64,000 nt of DNA from NCBI GenBank assembly GCA_011109175.1, contig RDEW01000008.1, forward strand, positions 511,698-575,697. The letters run 5' to 3'. How positions within the stretch are numbered: the first letter of the stretch is position 1; every line of letters starts with the position of its first letter. Made by a program: the position numbers and the translations under genes. This DNA is from Dicyema japonicum (lineage: Eukaryota > Animalia > Dicyemida). The notes below the pieces were generated by a model. The model saw only the letters and a program-made list of their open reading frames with translations. It was not told the origin of the DNA and searched no databases. Of this stretch, positions 62,596-64,000 are shown piece after piece.

Positions 62596-63619
62596 AAATT
62601 GGTATCAGATAGAAATGTGGATAGTGTTGATTTGGTTGTGTTAGTGAAAGAGAATACTGTCACGAATTAATGTGGTGACCCCTACCTATTCGTTCTATTT
62701 GGAAAGTCTATGCAAATAGATGAGTATCCTTTTAATAAAGGAGTAAGACGTGGTGGTAACAATCCGTTTTTCTGTATTAATGCAAAACGCACGTCTCGAG
62801 GAGATAAAAATTCCATCAGTTCGTTTCTTTTTCGAGAGATCGCGTTAATGTTCAGTTGTAGAATGGTTAGATATTCCGATGGGCCCAGGTTAGGTTCGAC
62901 GTCGCAGAATCGTGGAAGTGACTGAACGCTCCTTTGAGGACTTTCAAAAGTATCTCATTGATGGGAAAATCCCATGGGGAAGAAATTGTGGATCTTTTAG
63001 TTTTTATGTAGCACATAACATCCAATTTTCGCCACGAGGAGGTGATCTATTAGATAATAATAAAAAAATTTCAAAGACCAAAAAACAACCAGACTAACTA
63101 ACTCCTTGATCTTGACGCATTCCAGCGATTCTCAAACTTTTTAATCATGACATCTACACTTCATTTAAGACTTTGTATGCTTGGTATTTTTGCTAGGCGA
63201 TAAATGCAATGACAGAATCAGTGTTTGCTCACAAAACCTCGCTAAAGACGCACGAAAAACGATATAAATGACCTTCACTCATACCTCAATCCGATTCTGA
63301 TCCAGTACAAACCTCTTTGGAAATTCTGTAAAACTGTAAATCATAAAGCTTGCTAAAACTGGTAAATTTTCTCCTTTAAAAAACTTGTCACATACTTTGT
63401 AGTTCGTATAATAAATTTGAACTTTTCCTATTAATTGACAAAAGCATAAAAACCACCGATAAACATCCGCACAATTTCGCAACGGTTATCGAGTCCACTT
63501 GATTAATAAATAATAATATTCGCACTTTCTGAGGAGCCATATCAGTTATAGCTCCCCTCAGGCATAACACACACTTTATTTTAAGCAAAAACAGTTATGA
63601 TAGCTAATCGAGGAAGGAT

Positions 63620-63830
63620 CAAGGAATGCTCTTCACTTCTTTGTTTTCTTTTTTCTTGGGTGAATGTCCTTTATCGACGATCCAGTTCCGCAGTGAAGTT
63701 CAGTGATGACGGCGTCATTTGTCAAGCCAAAGCATATTGATGTGTGGAACCTTCAACCGAAATGTGCAGTATCGGGATTCGAACTAGCGACCTTCAGGCT
63801 TCTCGCCCGGTAACCGTCACAATGTCCCAA
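63620..63830 (-). mobile_element. tRNA-derived SINE-like element, copy 2
   Basis: B-box GTTCGAATCC on the minus strand (63776-63785); body and A-rich tail collinear with 620-790 but divergent. Confidence 0.6.
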
Positions 63831-64000
63831 TTGATTAAAAGCCCTAAAATTAAATTACAAAACAACAAATCCTACTCCAAATTTTCAGAATATTTGTTAT
63901 TTTGCAAAAAGTATGCAAATCGATAAATTCATTCAAAAGTAATCGCAAAACCAACTTCGAATGCTCTTGAACATTGTCCGACGGTTTGTAAACAGTCTTT

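Noticed and set aside
62860-62905. TGGTTAG...GGTTCGAC tRNA-like boxes, with a similar motif near 3700 (-)
   Set aside because: Spacing too short, no cloverleaf, and only weak similarity between the two sites.

Overview
AT-rich, repeat-dominated window from a scaffolded animal genome; it is not prokaryotic. Three host genes can be rebuilt by hand: Aurora kinase (4619-5588 +), a polypeptide GalNAc-transferase (18305-20255 -) and G6PD (22497-24068 +). All 22 of their introns are 22-27 nt, and one is GC-AG. Such miniature introns in metazoan gene families suggest a reduced parasite such as a myxozoan cnidarian (a dicyemid is also possible); this taxonomy is inference. Between 38 and 44 kb lie damaged host-type genes missed by the ORF track: two copies of a LysM-domain gene, and a GCM-domain transcription factor apparently fused to a paired-RED/Tc1-like HTH and an N/Q-rich tail. 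Most of the rest is decayed mobile DNA: RTE-like and jockey/I-like LINEs, CRE-like and R2/R4-like RLE retrotransposons, hAT fragments, a MULE remnant and a tRNA-derived SINE. An unexplained ~1.05 kb module ends at the same base in two divergent copies and is joined to two different internal points of R4-like elements. Two N gaps and six single-N joins with flanking duplications indicate assembly artefacts. Family assignments are from motif recognition by eye, no database searches were run, and most repeat boundaries are approximate.
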